Assembly (NCBI GenBank): GCA_900548515.1
Contig: URKU01000003.1
Coordinates: 2,951 to 66,950, forward strand
Direction of reading: 5' to 3'
DNA: 64,000 nucleotides
Source: an uncultured Collinsella sp.
GTDB lineage: Bacteria; Actinomycetota; Coriobacteriia; Coriobacteriales; Coriobacteriaceae
A model generated the notes under the pieces. That model saw only the letters and a program-made list of their open reading frames with translations, searched no databases and was not told the origin of the DNA. The position numbers and the translations under genes are program-made. Shown here one piece after another: positions 47,995 through 62,157 of the stretch (position 1 is its first letter; every line of letters begins with the position of its first letter).

Positions 47995-49509
47995 TTACGC
48001 CTGAGCGTTGGCGAAGGCCTGCTTGGCGCCCTCGGCACGCACGACAGCGAGCGCGCTGACGACAAACTCCTCAAGACCTGCGATCTGCGTAAGGTCCTCG
48101 CCCCACATCTGCTCGTTGGTGAGCACGTCGTGCACCAGCTGGGCATCGTCGGCGCCGGCATGGGCGGCGTAGAAGTCGAGCACGAAGGCGTCGTCCTGAG
48201 CGGTGTACTCGGTGCCGTCGGAGCGACGCAGGTGCAGGCCGTCGCCCTCGCGGGACACGAGCTCCTGCGTGTAGAAGGAGATGAGCGTAGCGAGGCTCGT
48301 CGCCAGGCACTTGGGCAGGTTGCCGGTCTCGGCAACGTAGTCCTTGAGCGTGGGCAGGTCACGAGCGCGCCACTTAGCCGTGGAGTTGAGGCAGATGGAG
48401 AGCAGCGCATGATCAATAAACGGGTTGTCGAAGCGGTTTTCGACGGCGGCGGCAAAGGCCTTGCAGTCCTCGACATCCAAGTCGGCGGCAAGCGTCGGAA
48501 TGACCTCGTCGTAGAGCATGGTGTTCATGAAGCCGCGAATGGTCTCGTCATGCATGCAGTCGCGCACGATATCAAAGCCGGCAACCCAGGAACCCGGAAC
48601 GAAGGCGGTATGGGCACCGTTGAGGATGCGGACCTTGCGCTTTTTGTACGGGGTGACGTCGGGAGTCACAAAGACACCCGGAAGACCAGCCTTCACAAAG
48701 GGAAGCTTCTCGGCAAGCGACTCGTCGCCCTGGATGCCCCACATCTGGAAGGGCTCGCGCACGGCCAGGAAGGGATCCTCGTAGCCCAGACGCTCGGCAA
48801 CCGCCGCGGCCTCCTTAGGATCGCGGATGCGGCCGGGGACGATGGTGTCGACGAGCGTGGTGCAGACGGTGCAGTCGTTAGCCATCCACTGCGCAAACTC
48901 GTCCTCCCAGCCCCAGTCGCTCACATACTGGTTCATGATGCGCAGCAACTCCTCGCCGTTGTGATCGATGAGCTCGCAGGCGAGGACGATGACGCCCGGC
49001 TTACCGGCAGCCCAGCGGGTGTGGAGCACCTGGGCAAGCTTGGCGGGGAAGCTCGCGGGTGGCATGTCGTCGGCCTTGCAGGACGGGTCATAGGCGATAC
49101 CGGCCTCGGTGGTGTTGGAGACGATGATCTCTAGGTCGTCGGAGACGGCGACCTCCATCATGGCGCGGTAGTCGTCCTCACGATACGGGTTAAGGCAGCG
49201 GCTGCAGGCGCTGATCACGCGGGACTCGTCAACCGTGTTGCCGTTCTCCTTGCCGCGCACCAGCACGGTGTACAGGTCGTCCTGGGCATTGATACCGTCG
49301 GCAAAGCCAAAGGCACCGTTGATGGGCTGCACCATGACGACCTTGCCGTTCCAGCCGGTGGCCTCGTTGCCCATGTCAAAGAAACGGTCGACGAAGGCGC
49401 GCAGGAAATTGCCCTCGCCAAACTGCAGAACCTTCTCGGGAGCATCCTTGGGCAGCAAATAGCCCTTGTAGCCGATCGTCTCGAGCGCATCGTAGCTGAT
49501 GTTCTCCAT
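47995..49509 (-). CDS. uxaB: Tagaturonate reductase (altronate oxidoreductase)
   Basis: QFGEGNFLRAF, SNTTEAGI, KVRILNGAHT and RFDNPFIDH motifs. Confidence 0.93.
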   Translation of the reverse strand: MENISYDALETIGYKGYLLPKDAPEKVLQFGEGNFLRAFVDRFFDMGNEATGWNGKVVMVQPINGAFGFADGINAQDDLYTVLVRGKENGNTVDESRVISACSRCLNPYREDDYRAMMEVAVSDDLEIIVSNTTEAGIAYDPSCKADDMPPASFPAKLAQVLHTRWAAGKPGVIVLACELIDHNGEELLRIMNQYVSDWGWEDEFAQWMANDCTVCTTLVDTIVPGRIRDPKEAAAVAERLGYEDPFLAVREPFQMWGIQGDESLAEKLPFVKAGLPGVFVTPDVTPYKKRKVRILNGAHTAFVPGSWVAGFDIVRDCMHDETIRGFMNTMLYDEVIPTLAADLDVEDCKAFAAAVENRFDNPFIDHALLSICLNSTAKWRARDLPTLKDYVAETGNLPKCLATSLATLISFYTQELVSREGDGLHLRRSDGTEYTAQDDAFVLDFYAAHAGADDAQLVHDVLTNEQMWGEDLTQIAGLEEFVVSALAVVRAEGAKQAFANAQA

Positions 49510-49605
49510 CTGTGTCTCTCCTTAGATAGCTGTTAGCGTGCAAGCAAAACGGGGGCGCCGCGTGTGGCAACGGCGCTCCCGAGTTCGATGTGATTCGATG
49601 CAGGC

Positions 49606-51033
49606 TTATGCCTCGACGGTGTCCAAATCAAAGCCAAAGTAGCGGACCGCGTTGTTGTAGCTGATGTCGCGCACGATACTGCCCAGCAGCTCCATGTCGG
49701 CCGGGTACTTGCCCTGCTCGACCCACTCGCCGATCACGCTGCACAGCACGCGACGGAAGTACTCGTGGCGCGGATAGGACAGGAAAGAGCGGGAGTCGGT
49801 AAGCATGCCCACAAAGTTGCCCAGCACGCCCTCGTTAGCCAGAGCCGTGAGTTGCTCGCGCATGCCGACCTCGTTGTCGTTGAACCACCAGGCGGAGCCG
49901 TTCTGGATCTTACCGGCGGTCGGAGCCTCCTGGAAGCAGCCCATGACGGTATCGATCATGGTGTTATCGATGGGGTTCAGGCTGTACAGGATGGTCTTGG
50001 GCAGGCCGCAGGTCTCCTGGATGGAGTTGAGGAAATCGGCGAGCTGGTCGGACGGCGTGTAGTTGGAGATGCAGTCGTAGCCGGTGTCGGGACCGAGCTT
50101 GGCGAACATGGCGCGGTTGTTGTCGCGCTTGCAGCCAAAGTGCAGCTGCATGGCCCAGCCCAGACGGACATACTCGCCGGCAACGAACTGCATAAAGGCA
50201 GTCTTGTACTTGAGGACCTCTTCCTCGGTAAGCGGCTCGGCAGCCAGACCCTTGGCAAAGATAGCCTCGATCTCGTCGGCGGTAGCCGGGACGTACATAA
50301 CGTAGTCGAGTGCGTGGTCGGAGGCGCGGCAGCCCAGCTCGTGAGCAACGTCGTAGCGCTTGGAAATGGCAGCCTTCATGCCCTCAAAGTCGCTGGCCTC
50401 AACGCCGGCAACCTCGGAAAGGTGCTTGCAGTAGTCGGCAAACTCCTGGCCGCGCTCGATGCGCAAAGCGGCATCGGGGCGCATGGCGGGAACGACCTGA
50501 ACGTCAAAGCTGTCGTCGGCGGCAATCTTCTTGTGCCACTCAAAGCTGTCGGCGGGGTCGTCGGTAGTGCAGATCATGCGGACGTTGGACTGCTTGATCA
50601 GGTTACGGCAGGTAAAGCTAGCCTCAGCGAGCTTGGCGTTGGCAAGGTCCCAGACCTCCTGGGCAGTCTTGCCGTTGAGGACGCCCTCGTAGCCAAAGTA
50701 GCGCTTAAGCTCCAGGTGGCTCCACTCAAAGACGGGGTTGCCAACGCAGCGACCCAGGGTCTCGGCCCACTTTTGGAACTTCTCGCGAGCAGGGGCGTCG
50801 CCAGTGATAAAACGCTCGTCGACGCCGTTGGCACGCATCAGGCGCCACTTGTAGTGGTCGCCGCCCAGCCAAACCTCGGTGATGTTCTCGAAACGCTTGT
50901 CCTCCCAAATCTCCTTAGGAGAAATGTGGCAGTGATAGTCGACGATGGGCATGCCCTCGGCAAAGTTGTGGAACAGCTCCTCGCCGGTCTTGGTGCTCAG
51001 CAGGAAATCCTGATCGTCCATAAAGTTTTTCAT
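49606..51033 (-). CDS. uxaC: Uronate isomerase
   Basis: DYHCH, GDHYKWR, CTTDDP, WWFND and TDSRSFLSYPRHEYFRR motifs. Confidence 0.96.
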   Translation of the reverse strand: MKNFMDDQDFLLSTKTGEELFHNFAEGMPIVDYHCHISPKEIWEDKRFENITEVWLGGDHYKWRLMRANGVDERFITGDAPAREKFQKWAETLGRCVGNPVFEWSHLELKRYFGYEGVLNGKTAQEVWDLANAKLAEASFTCRNLIKQSNVRMICTTDDPADSFEWHKKIAADDSFDVQVVPAMRPDAALRIERGQEFADYCKHLSEVAGVEASDFEGMKAAISKRYDVAHELGCRASDHALDYVMYVPATADEIEAIFAKGLAAEPLTEEEVLKYKTAFMQFVAGEYVRLGWAMQLHFGCKRDNNRAMFAKLGPDTGYDCISNYTPSDQLADFLNSIQETCGLPKTILYSLNPIDNTMIDTVMGCFQEAPTAGKIQNGSAWWFNDNEVGMREQLTALANEGVLGNFVGMLTDSRSFLSYPRHEYFRRVLCSVIGEWVEQGKYPADMELLGSIVRDISYNNAVRYFGFDLDTVEA

Positions 51034-51087
51034 CAAACAGCCCCTTTGCTGGCAAGGCGGGCGCACGGCGCGCTCGTTATCCTTTAG

Positions 51088-51139
51088 GTGAACGTTCACT
51101 ATACTAATCCATTGCACCTCAAAAGGTGAACGTTCACCT
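51088..51139. promoter_or_regulatory. Two perfect GTGAACGTTCAC operators at the uxaC promoter
   Basis: Sites at 51088-51099 and 51124-51139. Confidence 0.8.
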
Positions 51140-51269
51140 AACCACCACGGGGTGAACGGTAGATTTTGCCCGTTCAACGGTTGCTGGGGATGTGACTTGC
51201 ATGTATTGCGGACTGGTTGGCGCCCCCGAACACCGAACTTGAGCGCTTTTGCTCAGGTGGGTCATGTCC

Positions 51270-51468
51270 CGACGTACATTTTTGGGAGTATTCAGCATTG
51301 GAGCGCGCCGTGCGCCATCCTCAGCGTCCTATTTGGAACGCAGATAGCGCCCGATCGGCATAAAAAGTGCCCCCGATGGCAAATTACGCCATCGGGGGCA
51401 CTTAAAACAGTCGTTCTGCACCTCATTCAGGGCATGCCAATGCTGAATACTCCCAAAAATGCACGTCG
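51270..51468. repeat. MITE-like element with 32-bp terminal inverted repeats and an internal hairpin
   Basis: cgacgtacatttttgggagtattcagcattgg / ccaatgctgaatactcccaaaaatgcacgtcg (1 mismatch). Confidence 0.75.
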
Positions 51469-51493
51469 CAAGAGGGGGTACCTGCTCAATCGG

Positions 51494-52573
51494 CTAAATA
51501 CCCGCAAGTTCGCAGTAGCGGTCGACATTGCTGGCAAATACCATCTCGACGGCACCCTTCTGGACGGGCACCGTCGGGGTCCTTCCCCACAGCAGATAAT
51601 CGCCCAGCGTCTTAGCGCCGCGATACGCCAGGCTCGTCGGGTCCTTATAGACAATATTGGTAAAGATACCGCGGCGCAAGGCCAGAGCACTTTCGGGAAA
51701 CAGGTCGTTGCCGATCACCATGACCTGACCGGCCTTGCCGGTCGAGACGAGCGCGTCGGCAACCACTTCGGAACCAACGGCAAAAACGCTACAGATAAGT
51801 TCGGGGGCGTCCGGCGCACTCAAGCGCTTTTCGAGCTCATGCTCGAGTTGTTTGACTTGCGCATGGGCACCTGCAAGATCCTCAACCTGCCATGGAATAT
51901 CACGTTCGCGCAGGTAATTGTGGAAGGCGCGGGCGGTTAGATAGTGCGAATCGGTATATGGGTCGCCTGTCAAAAGGAGCACGCGGGCGTCGGCCCCAGA
52001 AGCATGGACCAGGTTTGCCGCCTGCTCGGCCATAAGGCTGCCTGCCGTCGAATAATCGGCCAAGCTCGCACCCAAACGATTCAAATGCGGACGGTCGCCG
52101 TCGACAAGCTCAATCGTCACGCCCGCCTCGGCGATCTGCCCCAAAAGCTCAGTCGCACGATCGTCGCCCGGCGCATAGGCGAGCAAGCCATCAATCTTCT
52201 CGCCCACCTGCAGACGCTCGTCGATTTGCTCGAGTGCATCAGCGTAGCCGCCCACGCCAAATTCAACGCGCTCAACCGTAATGCCCCGGTCGATGACCTC
52301 CTGTTCAAAGCGATTGCAGCCTTCCCACAGGTAACGGAAAAAGTACGCTCCCTCGCGCGATGCGCGGGGCAGGCAAAACACCAGATTGATATCCTTGCGG
52401 CGCAGGCTTGAGGCACTTGTGTTGCGGTGATAGCCCATGGCCTCGGCCTTAGCGTTCACCTTGGCGCGCACGGATTCGCTCACGCCGGCCTTTCCCGTCA
52501 GAGCCTTGTGCACGGTATTGATGGAAACGCCAAGCTCGGCGGCTATGTCCTTCATGGTTACGCGAGCGCTCAT
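51494..52573 (-). CDS. LacI-family regulator, probable hexuronate/pectin regulon repressor
   Basis: TMKDIAAELGVSINTVHKAL HTH; adjacent to uxaC. Confidence 0.88.
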   Translation of the reverse strand: MSARVTMKDIAAELGVSINTVHKALTGKAGVSESVRAKVNAKAEAMGYHRNTSASSLRRKDINLVFCLPRASREGAYFFRYLWEGCNRFEQEVIDRGITVERVEFGVGGYADALEQIDERLQVGEKIDGLLAYAPGDDRATELLGQIAEAGVTIELVDGDRPHLNRLGASLADYSTAGSLMAEQAANLVHASGADARVLLLTGDPYTDSHYLTARAFHNYLRERDIPWQVEDLAGAHAQVKQLEHELEKRLSAPDAPELICSVFAVGSEVVADALVSTGKAGQVMVIGNDLFPESALALRRGIFTNIVYKDPTSLAYRGAKTLGDYLLWGRTPTVPVQKGAVEMVFASNVDRYCELAGI

Positions 52574-52717
52574 GCGGTTACTCCGTTATAGATAAGTTGC
52601 CAATTAATAGTCCAGTTAACGATACCCCAAAAATACTCTTCGACTCGCCGTACCCTCCCTCAAATGCACAAAGCGCCCCGCGAACGGATGCCCGCGGAGC
52701 GCTTGGATGTCCGGACC

Positions 52718-52918
52718 TTATTTGATACCGCGACCCAAGTCTTCGGCGATTTTGTCTACGCCCTTAAGTGCAGCGCACGTCTTTTTGTTGGAGCAATGCC
52801 CCGTGCAGACGCCACCCTGAGCGCAGTCAGCGCAGGTGCCCTTGCGGTAGATGCGCACGCATACCGCGACAAACGCAATACCGATAACAGCCAGTACAAC
52901 AATATCGATAGGTGCCAT
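52718..52918 (-). CDS. FeoB-associated Cys-rich small membrane protein
   Basis: One TM helix followed by CxxC..C..C; downstream of feoB; GAGG RBS. Confidence 0.75.
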   Translation of the reverse strand: MAPIDIVVLAVIGIAFVAVCVRIYRKGTCADCAQGGVCTGHCSNKKTCAALKGVDKIAEDLGRGIK

Positions 52919-53123
52919 AGCAAGCCTCCTCTAGTTAACCATCACTTACTTTACTCCATTCTCCACCTACCGAATAGGGACAGGTTTAATTTGGTCAGTT
53001 TTATCTGCGGAAACGCCACGTCTTACTTCTGGAGCAAAGCAATCTGTCCCCCCATTGCGTCAAAAAGCCCGAGTGTCACTGAGACACCCGGGCTCGTGGA
53101 AAGGGGTTGATCCTTATTCGGAC

Positions 53124-55451
53124 TTAGGCGGAAACTGCAGCGGAAGCAGTGTTGGTCTCGTCCTCGTCGGTCCAAGCGTGCTTGGGCATAGGACGGAAAA
53201 TCTGGAAGAGCATCGCGACCAGCAGCACGATAGCCACAACCGTCCAGAAGCCAAACTGCCCAAGGACAAGCAGGTTATAGAACTGGTTGATGAACAGGCC
53301 GATGACCCAAGCGAAGGCGCACTCGTAGCCGATGGCAATCGCGGTCCACTTGCCGGAGTCCATCTGGTTGCGGATAGTGCCCATGGCGGCAAAGCACGGG
53401 GCGCACAGCAGGTTGAAAGCGCCAAAGGCAACGCAAGCGCCCATAGTCGGGAACATGCCGGCAAACGCGGTCCACAGGCTCGGGTCGGTCTCGGCGGCGT
53501 CGGCAACGGACAGCAGCGAGCCGGCGGTGGCGACGACGTTCTCCTTAGCGACGAGGCCAGAGACGGTCAGCGCGGTGGCCTGCCAGGTGCTAAAGCCGAG
53601 CGGGGCGAAGATCCAAGCGACCAGGTTGCCCAGCATGGCAAGCACGGAGTAGTCCATGAACTCCTCGGGGATGCCGTCCATCGCAGGCAGGAAACCAAAG
53701 GAACCGTTGTAGCTACCAAAGTTGGAGAGGAACCAAACCACGACGGTGGACGCGAAGATGACCGTGCCGGCCTTCTTGATAAAGGCCCAGCAGCGCTCCC
53801 ACACGTGCAGCGCCCAAGAGCGGATCGCCGGGAAGTGGTAGGCAGGAAGCTCCATAACAAACGGCGTCGGGCGACCGGCGAAGAGCTTGGTCTTCTTGAG
53901 CATGAGGCCCGAGGCGATGACGGCAAAGACGCCCAAGAAGTAGAAGAGCGGGCTGATCCACGCGGCGGTGGTGGAAGAATCGCCGATGATGGAGCCCATG
54001 AGCAGGGCGATGATCGGCAGCTTGGCGCCACAGGGAATGAACGTGGTGGTCATGACCGTCATGCGGCGGTCCTTCTCGTTCTCGATGGTCTTGGTGGCCA
54101 TGACGCCGGGGACGCCGCAGCCCGAGGACACGAGCATGGGGATAAAGGACTTACCGGACAGGCCAAAGCGGCGGAACACGCGGTCCATGATGAAGGCGAC
54201 GCGGGCCATATAGCCGCAGTCCTCCAGGAAGGACAGCATGACGAACAGCAGGAACATCTGCGGGACGAAGCCGAAGATGGCGCCCAGGCCGCCGACGATA
54301 CCGTCACAGACGAGCGAATCGACCAGGCCGCCGTCCTCGGTGCCACCCGCCACAAGGGCGTCGTGCACCACGGTGGTAATACCCGGAACATAGGGGCCGT
54401 ACTGCGCCGGGTCGACCGAGTCAGCGTCGTCACCCGCGGCCTCGACAGCCTCATCGTAGGCGTCGCGGCCCTGGCCGAGCACATACCAACCGTCGGTACC
54501 AAAGAGCTGGTCGTTGGTGAAGTCGGTCACCGTGCCGCCCAAGGTAGAAACGGCGATGTAGTACACGCAGAACATGATGACGACAAAGATCGGCAGGCCC
54601 AGAATACGGTTGGTAACCACGCGGTCGATCTTCTCGGAGGTGCTCATCTTGGCCGGGGCCTTGGTGAGGCACTCGTCGATGATGTGCGCGATCACGCCGT
54701 AGCGCTCACCGGTGATGATGGACTCGGCGTCGTCATCGCAATCCTGCTCGCACTGGGCGACCAGCTGCTCTACGCGAGCAGCCTTCTCCTTAGTGAGGTT
54801 GATGAGCTTGCAGGCGTCCGCGTCGCGCTCGAACAGCTTGACGGCGTAATAGCGGCGCTTTTTGGCGGGAACGCTTGCCGGCAGATTGTTCTCGATGTGG
54901 TCCAGAACGTCCTCGATGGAGGAATCGAACTTGTGCTCCGGCACCTGGCCCTTAGAAGCAGCGGACTTCTTGACCTGCTCGAAGAGCTCCTTGATGCCCT
55001 TGTTCTTAAGAGCCGAGATCATCATGACCGGGCAGCCGAGCTTCTTGGAGAGCTTGTCCGTGTCGATCTTATCGCCGTTCTTCTCGACCAGGTCGGCCAT
55101 GTTGAGGGCAACGACCACGGGCAGGCCGGTCTCGATAACCTGAAGCGCCAGGTACAGGTTACGCTCGAGGTTGGTGGCATCGACGACTTGGACGACAACA
55201 TCGGGCTCGCCGCTCATGAGGTAATCGCGCGAGCACTGCTCCTCGGGGCTGTAGGGGGAAAGCGAGTAGATGCCAGGGAGGTCCGTGATGGTAACGTTCT
55301 TGTCGCTTAGGAGCTTGGCCTCCTTTTTCTCAACCGTGACGCCGGGCCAGTTGCCAACGTAGCCGTTGGCGCCGGTGATCAGGTTGAAAAGCGTGGTCTT
55401 GCCGCAGTTGGGGTTACCCGCCAACGCGACATGGATCTGAGAATCCGCCAT
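53124..55451 (-). CDS. feoB: Ferrous iron transporter B
   Basis: GNPNCGKT, GNWPGVT, DLPG and NMAD GTPase motifs plus membrane domain. Confidence 0.97.
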   Translation of the reverse strand: MADSQIHVALAGNPNCGKTTLFNLITGANGYVGNWPGVTVEKKEAKLLSDKNVTITDLPGIYSLSPYSPEEQCSRDYLMSGEPDVVVQVVDATNLERNLYLALQVIETGLPVVVALNMADLVEKNGDKIDTDKLSKKLGCPVMMISALKNKGIKELFEQVKKSAASKGQVPEHKFDSSIEDVLDHIENNLPASVPAKKRRYYAVKLFERDADACKLINLTKEKAARVEQLVAQCEQDCDDDAESIITGERYGVIAHIIDECLTKAPAKMSTSEKIDRVVTNRILGLPIFVVIMFCVYYIAVSTLGGTVTDFTNDQLFGTDGWYVLGQGRDAYDEAVEAAGDDADSVDPAQYGPYVPGITTVVHDALVAGGTEDGGLVDSLVCDGIVGGLGAIFGFVPQMFLLFVMLSFLEDCGYMARVAFIMDRVFRRFGLSGKSFIPMLVSSGCGVPGVMATKTIENEKDRRMTVMTTTFIPCGAKLPIIALLMGSIIGDSSTTAAWISPLFYFLGVFAVIASGLMLKKTKLFAGRPTPFVMELPAYHFPAIRSWALHVWERCWAFIKKAGTVIFASTVVVWFLSNFGSYNGSFGFLPAMDGIPEEFMDYSVLAMLGNLVAWIFAPLGFSTWQATALTVSGLVAKENVVATAGSLLSVADAAETDPSLWTAFAGMFPTMGACVAFGAFNLLCAPCFAAMGTIRNQMDSGKWTAIAIGYECAFAWVIGLFINQFYNLLVLGQFGFWTVVAIVLLVAMLFQIFRPMPKHAWTDEDETNTASAAVSA

Positions 55452-55526
55452 TCAATCCTTCTTCCTTGTGTGCCTGCGCTGCTTTCTCCGCGCAGGCTGG
55501 ATAATGTGCTTCAAAGATGCTGCATT

Positions 55527-55546
55527 AAGTTAGAAAAACCTAACTT
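55527..55546. promoter_or_regulatory. Candidate DtxR/MntR-type metal-repressor box
   Basis: AAGTTAG-n6-CTAACTT palindrome upstream of feoB. Confidence 0.5.
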
Positions 55547-55574
55547 TATCTGCAGAAATATGCGCCACGAGTCC

Positions 55575-55796
55575 TTACTGGACCTCGACGACGGCGGCCT
55601 CCTCCTTGCGGATGGAAAGCTCGTAGCCGCGCACGTTGATCTCGACCGGATCACCGAGCGGTGCGACCTTCACGACCTTGAACGAAGTGCCCTTGATGAG
55701 CCCCAGGTCCATAAGGTGGCGGCGAAGCGCACCCTCACCGTGAAGCTTGACGATGGTGGAGCTCTCGCCCACCTTAACGTCACCCAACGTCTTCAT
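55575..55796 (-). CDS. feoA: FeoA protein
   Basis: LMDLGL, APLGDP and LSIRKEEA motifs. Confidence 0.93.
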   Translation of the reverse strand: MKTLGDVKVGESSTIVKLHGEGALRRHLMDLGLIKGTSFKVVKVAPLGDPVEINVRGYELSIRKEEAAVVEVQ

Positions 55797-55835
55797 CCTC
55801 TTGTCCCCCTTTCGGTTTTTATGAAATGCTGCAGA

Positions 55836-56078
55836 CTAACCGACGGTCATGATGTGCATGGCAACCTTGGAATCGATACCAAAGCGTGCGCCCAGCACGG
55901 TGACGATAATATTGGCGCCACTCGAGCTCACCACGTGGATTTCGTTGCCCTCGACAAAGCCGAGGTCCTTGAGGTGGTGTTTCATGTCCTCATTGCCCTT
56001 TACACGGGACACGCGCACGGTTTCGCCCGCTTTTACCATCGAAAGCGGCATGGCCGGCATCTGCGGTCCGCAAGACAT
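55836..56078 (-). CDS. feoA: Second FeoA-domain protein
   Basis: MPLSM, HLKDLGFVEG and SH3-like fold; AGGAG RBS. Confidence 0.85.
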   Translation of the reverse strand: MSCGPQMPAMPLSMVKAGETVRVSRVKGNEDMKHHLKDLGFVEGNEIHVVSSSGANIIVTVLGARFGIDSKVAMHIMTVG

Positions 56079-56120
56079 GAGTGGCTCCTAACGTCAGTTC
56101 GTCCTCAACATCGACGCGAT

Positions 56121-56174
56121 AAAAGTTAACCACGTCTATGTTCGCTTTAGTAAACTAGCACGTGGTTAACTTTT
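56121..56174. promoter_or_regulatory. 15-bp inverted repeat upstream of the feo operon (candidate metal-repressor sites)
   Basis: aaaagttaaccacgt ... acgtggttaactttt. Confidence 0.5.
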
Positions 56175-56266
56175 TGGAAAGGGTCCCCATTCAGATTTCG
56201 AAAAAGTTTCCTATACGAAACAAAAGGGCGCGGCAAAGGACCATCCTTTACCACGCCCTGTCATGC

Positions 56267-56515
56267 TTAAAGCGAGAGATTTCTGATCGATGTGACACAG
56301 GAGGCCTCATCTACGCCCGAAACGCGGAAGATGATGTCCTCGCCGCACTCGCCGTAGAGAGCCATGAGTCCCATGACATCGCGGCCATCCGTGTGGCGGT
56401 CGCCGATGCTGACCGACACGTCGCTACGATGCTTGGCAATGATGTCATAGAGCAGCGCAACCGGGCGGGCATGTAATCCCAACGGATCTTTAATCGTCTT
56501 TGTAAACTCGACCAT
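56267..56515 (-). CDS. HPr-family phosphocarrier protein (His15 intact, Asp at position 46)
   Basis: LGLHARP motif; DGRDVMGLMAL; GGAGG RBS. Confidence 0.85.
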   Translation of the reverse strand: MVEFTKTIKDPLGLHARPVALLYDIIAKHRSDVSVSIGDRHTDGRDVMGLMALYGECGEDIIFRVSGVDEASCVTSIRNLSL

Positions 56516-56612
56516 GTCCCCTCCCACGACATCGCACATTCGGCCGGCAAAACCCAGCCACGTGGTAGCTATTGTACCGTTAGATGCTTCTCGAGAGCTC
56601 CTCTGAACACCT

Positions 56613-56834
56613 CGTGGTCAAAAAGTGGCAAATATGAGTACTGTCACCAATTTAGTAGCAGCAAAATCGAGAGCAAATTGCCTAATTTGAGCGATTCGAA
56701 GAGGTTGAAAGCCGTCAAGCGCCCTTTAAAGGGAGTTAGATAAATCGATTTTGAGCCCATTTTCGCTCAGAGCAGGCCGAAAAATATGGCACTTCTTTTG
56801 CAACAGTACTCATATTTGGCATTTTTTGACCACG
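56613..56834. repeat. MITE-like AT-rich element with 32-bp terminal inverted repeats
   Basis: cgtggtcaaaaagtggcaaatatgagtactgt / acagtactcatatttggcattttttgaccacg (2 mismatches). Confidence 0.75.
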
Positions 56835-56860
56835 GGGGCCAAGACCATGCCCCAAAACAC

Positions 56861-56890
56861 AAAAGGAGGGGCCTCGTAAGGCCCCTCCTT
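56861..56890 (-). terminator. Intrinsic terminator of the ebg operon
   Basis: aaggaggggcct-cgta-aggcccctcctt with a minus-strand U-tract. Confidence 0.75.
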
Positions 56891-56937
56891 AGGAAAGGGA
56901 ATCGATTTATTCCACAGCCGTAGATTAATCCTAGCCG

Positions 56938-58413
<1,476 letters not shown>

Positions 58414-58554
58414 TCATCTGTTAAATGTCATCTAAAACCGTCCGAGCTGCAAGTGCAAACACGGACGGCGCACCTGCTAAGGGGAATGGGGAAAAGGGAG
58501 TCAACAAAGCCATCCCCCTTAACGGCGCGAAGCAAACGTCCAGGCGGACGAATA

Positions 58555-59010
58555 CTACTTGTTGGGGAAGGAATAACCTTCGACTGTCACGTGCAGTACC
58601 ACGACGCGGGGATCCGCGGCATCGGCCACGACACGGTAGGCCTCGTCAATTTCGACGACGGCAACGCCGCCGGCGGGAATCGTCACGGTCTCCCCCGTAC
58701 CCTCAAAGCGCTCGCGATCATCGATATCGCTGTAGGCGCGGGTGCAGGTGAGGCCTGCCTTGGGGGCAACCTCGACAGTCAGGTCGCCGTCGAGCGGGGC
58801 GAGCACGGCATGATAGCGACGGTGACCGACCAGATCGGCGGTAGCCGCCTCGTGGGCGTTCACCCACCAATACACCAGCGAGTCGCCGATGGAGTACGCC
58901 ACATCGTGCTGCAGTTCAGAAACGCCGTCGAGCGCCTGTCCGGTACGCATCCACTTCTTGACGGACTTCATCTGAGCGTCGAAATCGGCGCGCGAGTTAA
59001 AGACATGCAT
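58555..59010 (-). CDS. ebgC: Beta-galactosidase small subunit EbgC-like (YhcH family)
   Basis: YSIGDSLVY, GHRRY, YSDIDDRE and VTVEG; directly after the GH2 gene. Confidence 0.8.
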   Translation of the reverse strand: MHVFNSRADFDAQMKSVKKWMRTGQALDGVSELQHDVAYSIGDSLVYWWVNAHEAATADLVGHRRYHAVLAPLDGDLTVEVAPKAGLTCTRAYSDIDDRERFEGTGETVTIPAGGVAVVEIDEAYRVVADAADPRVVVLHVTVEGYSFPNK

Positions 59011-59013
59011 GAC

Positions 59014-62034
<3,021 letters not shown>

Positions 62035-62054
62035 TCATCATCGTAGTGATTCTT

Positions 62055-62157
62055 GTGCAACCGGTTGTCCTTATCTTACGGGCGATGTAAAAAACTGTGC
62101 AACCGGTTGTCCGCTGAACGGTCGATTTGGCAGGGTTAACGGTGCAACCGGTTGTAC
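62055..62157. promoter_or_regulatory. Three LacI-type operators GTGCAACCGGTTGT
   Basis: Copies at 62055, 62097 and 62142 between ebgA and the divergent LacI gene. Confidence 0.8.
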
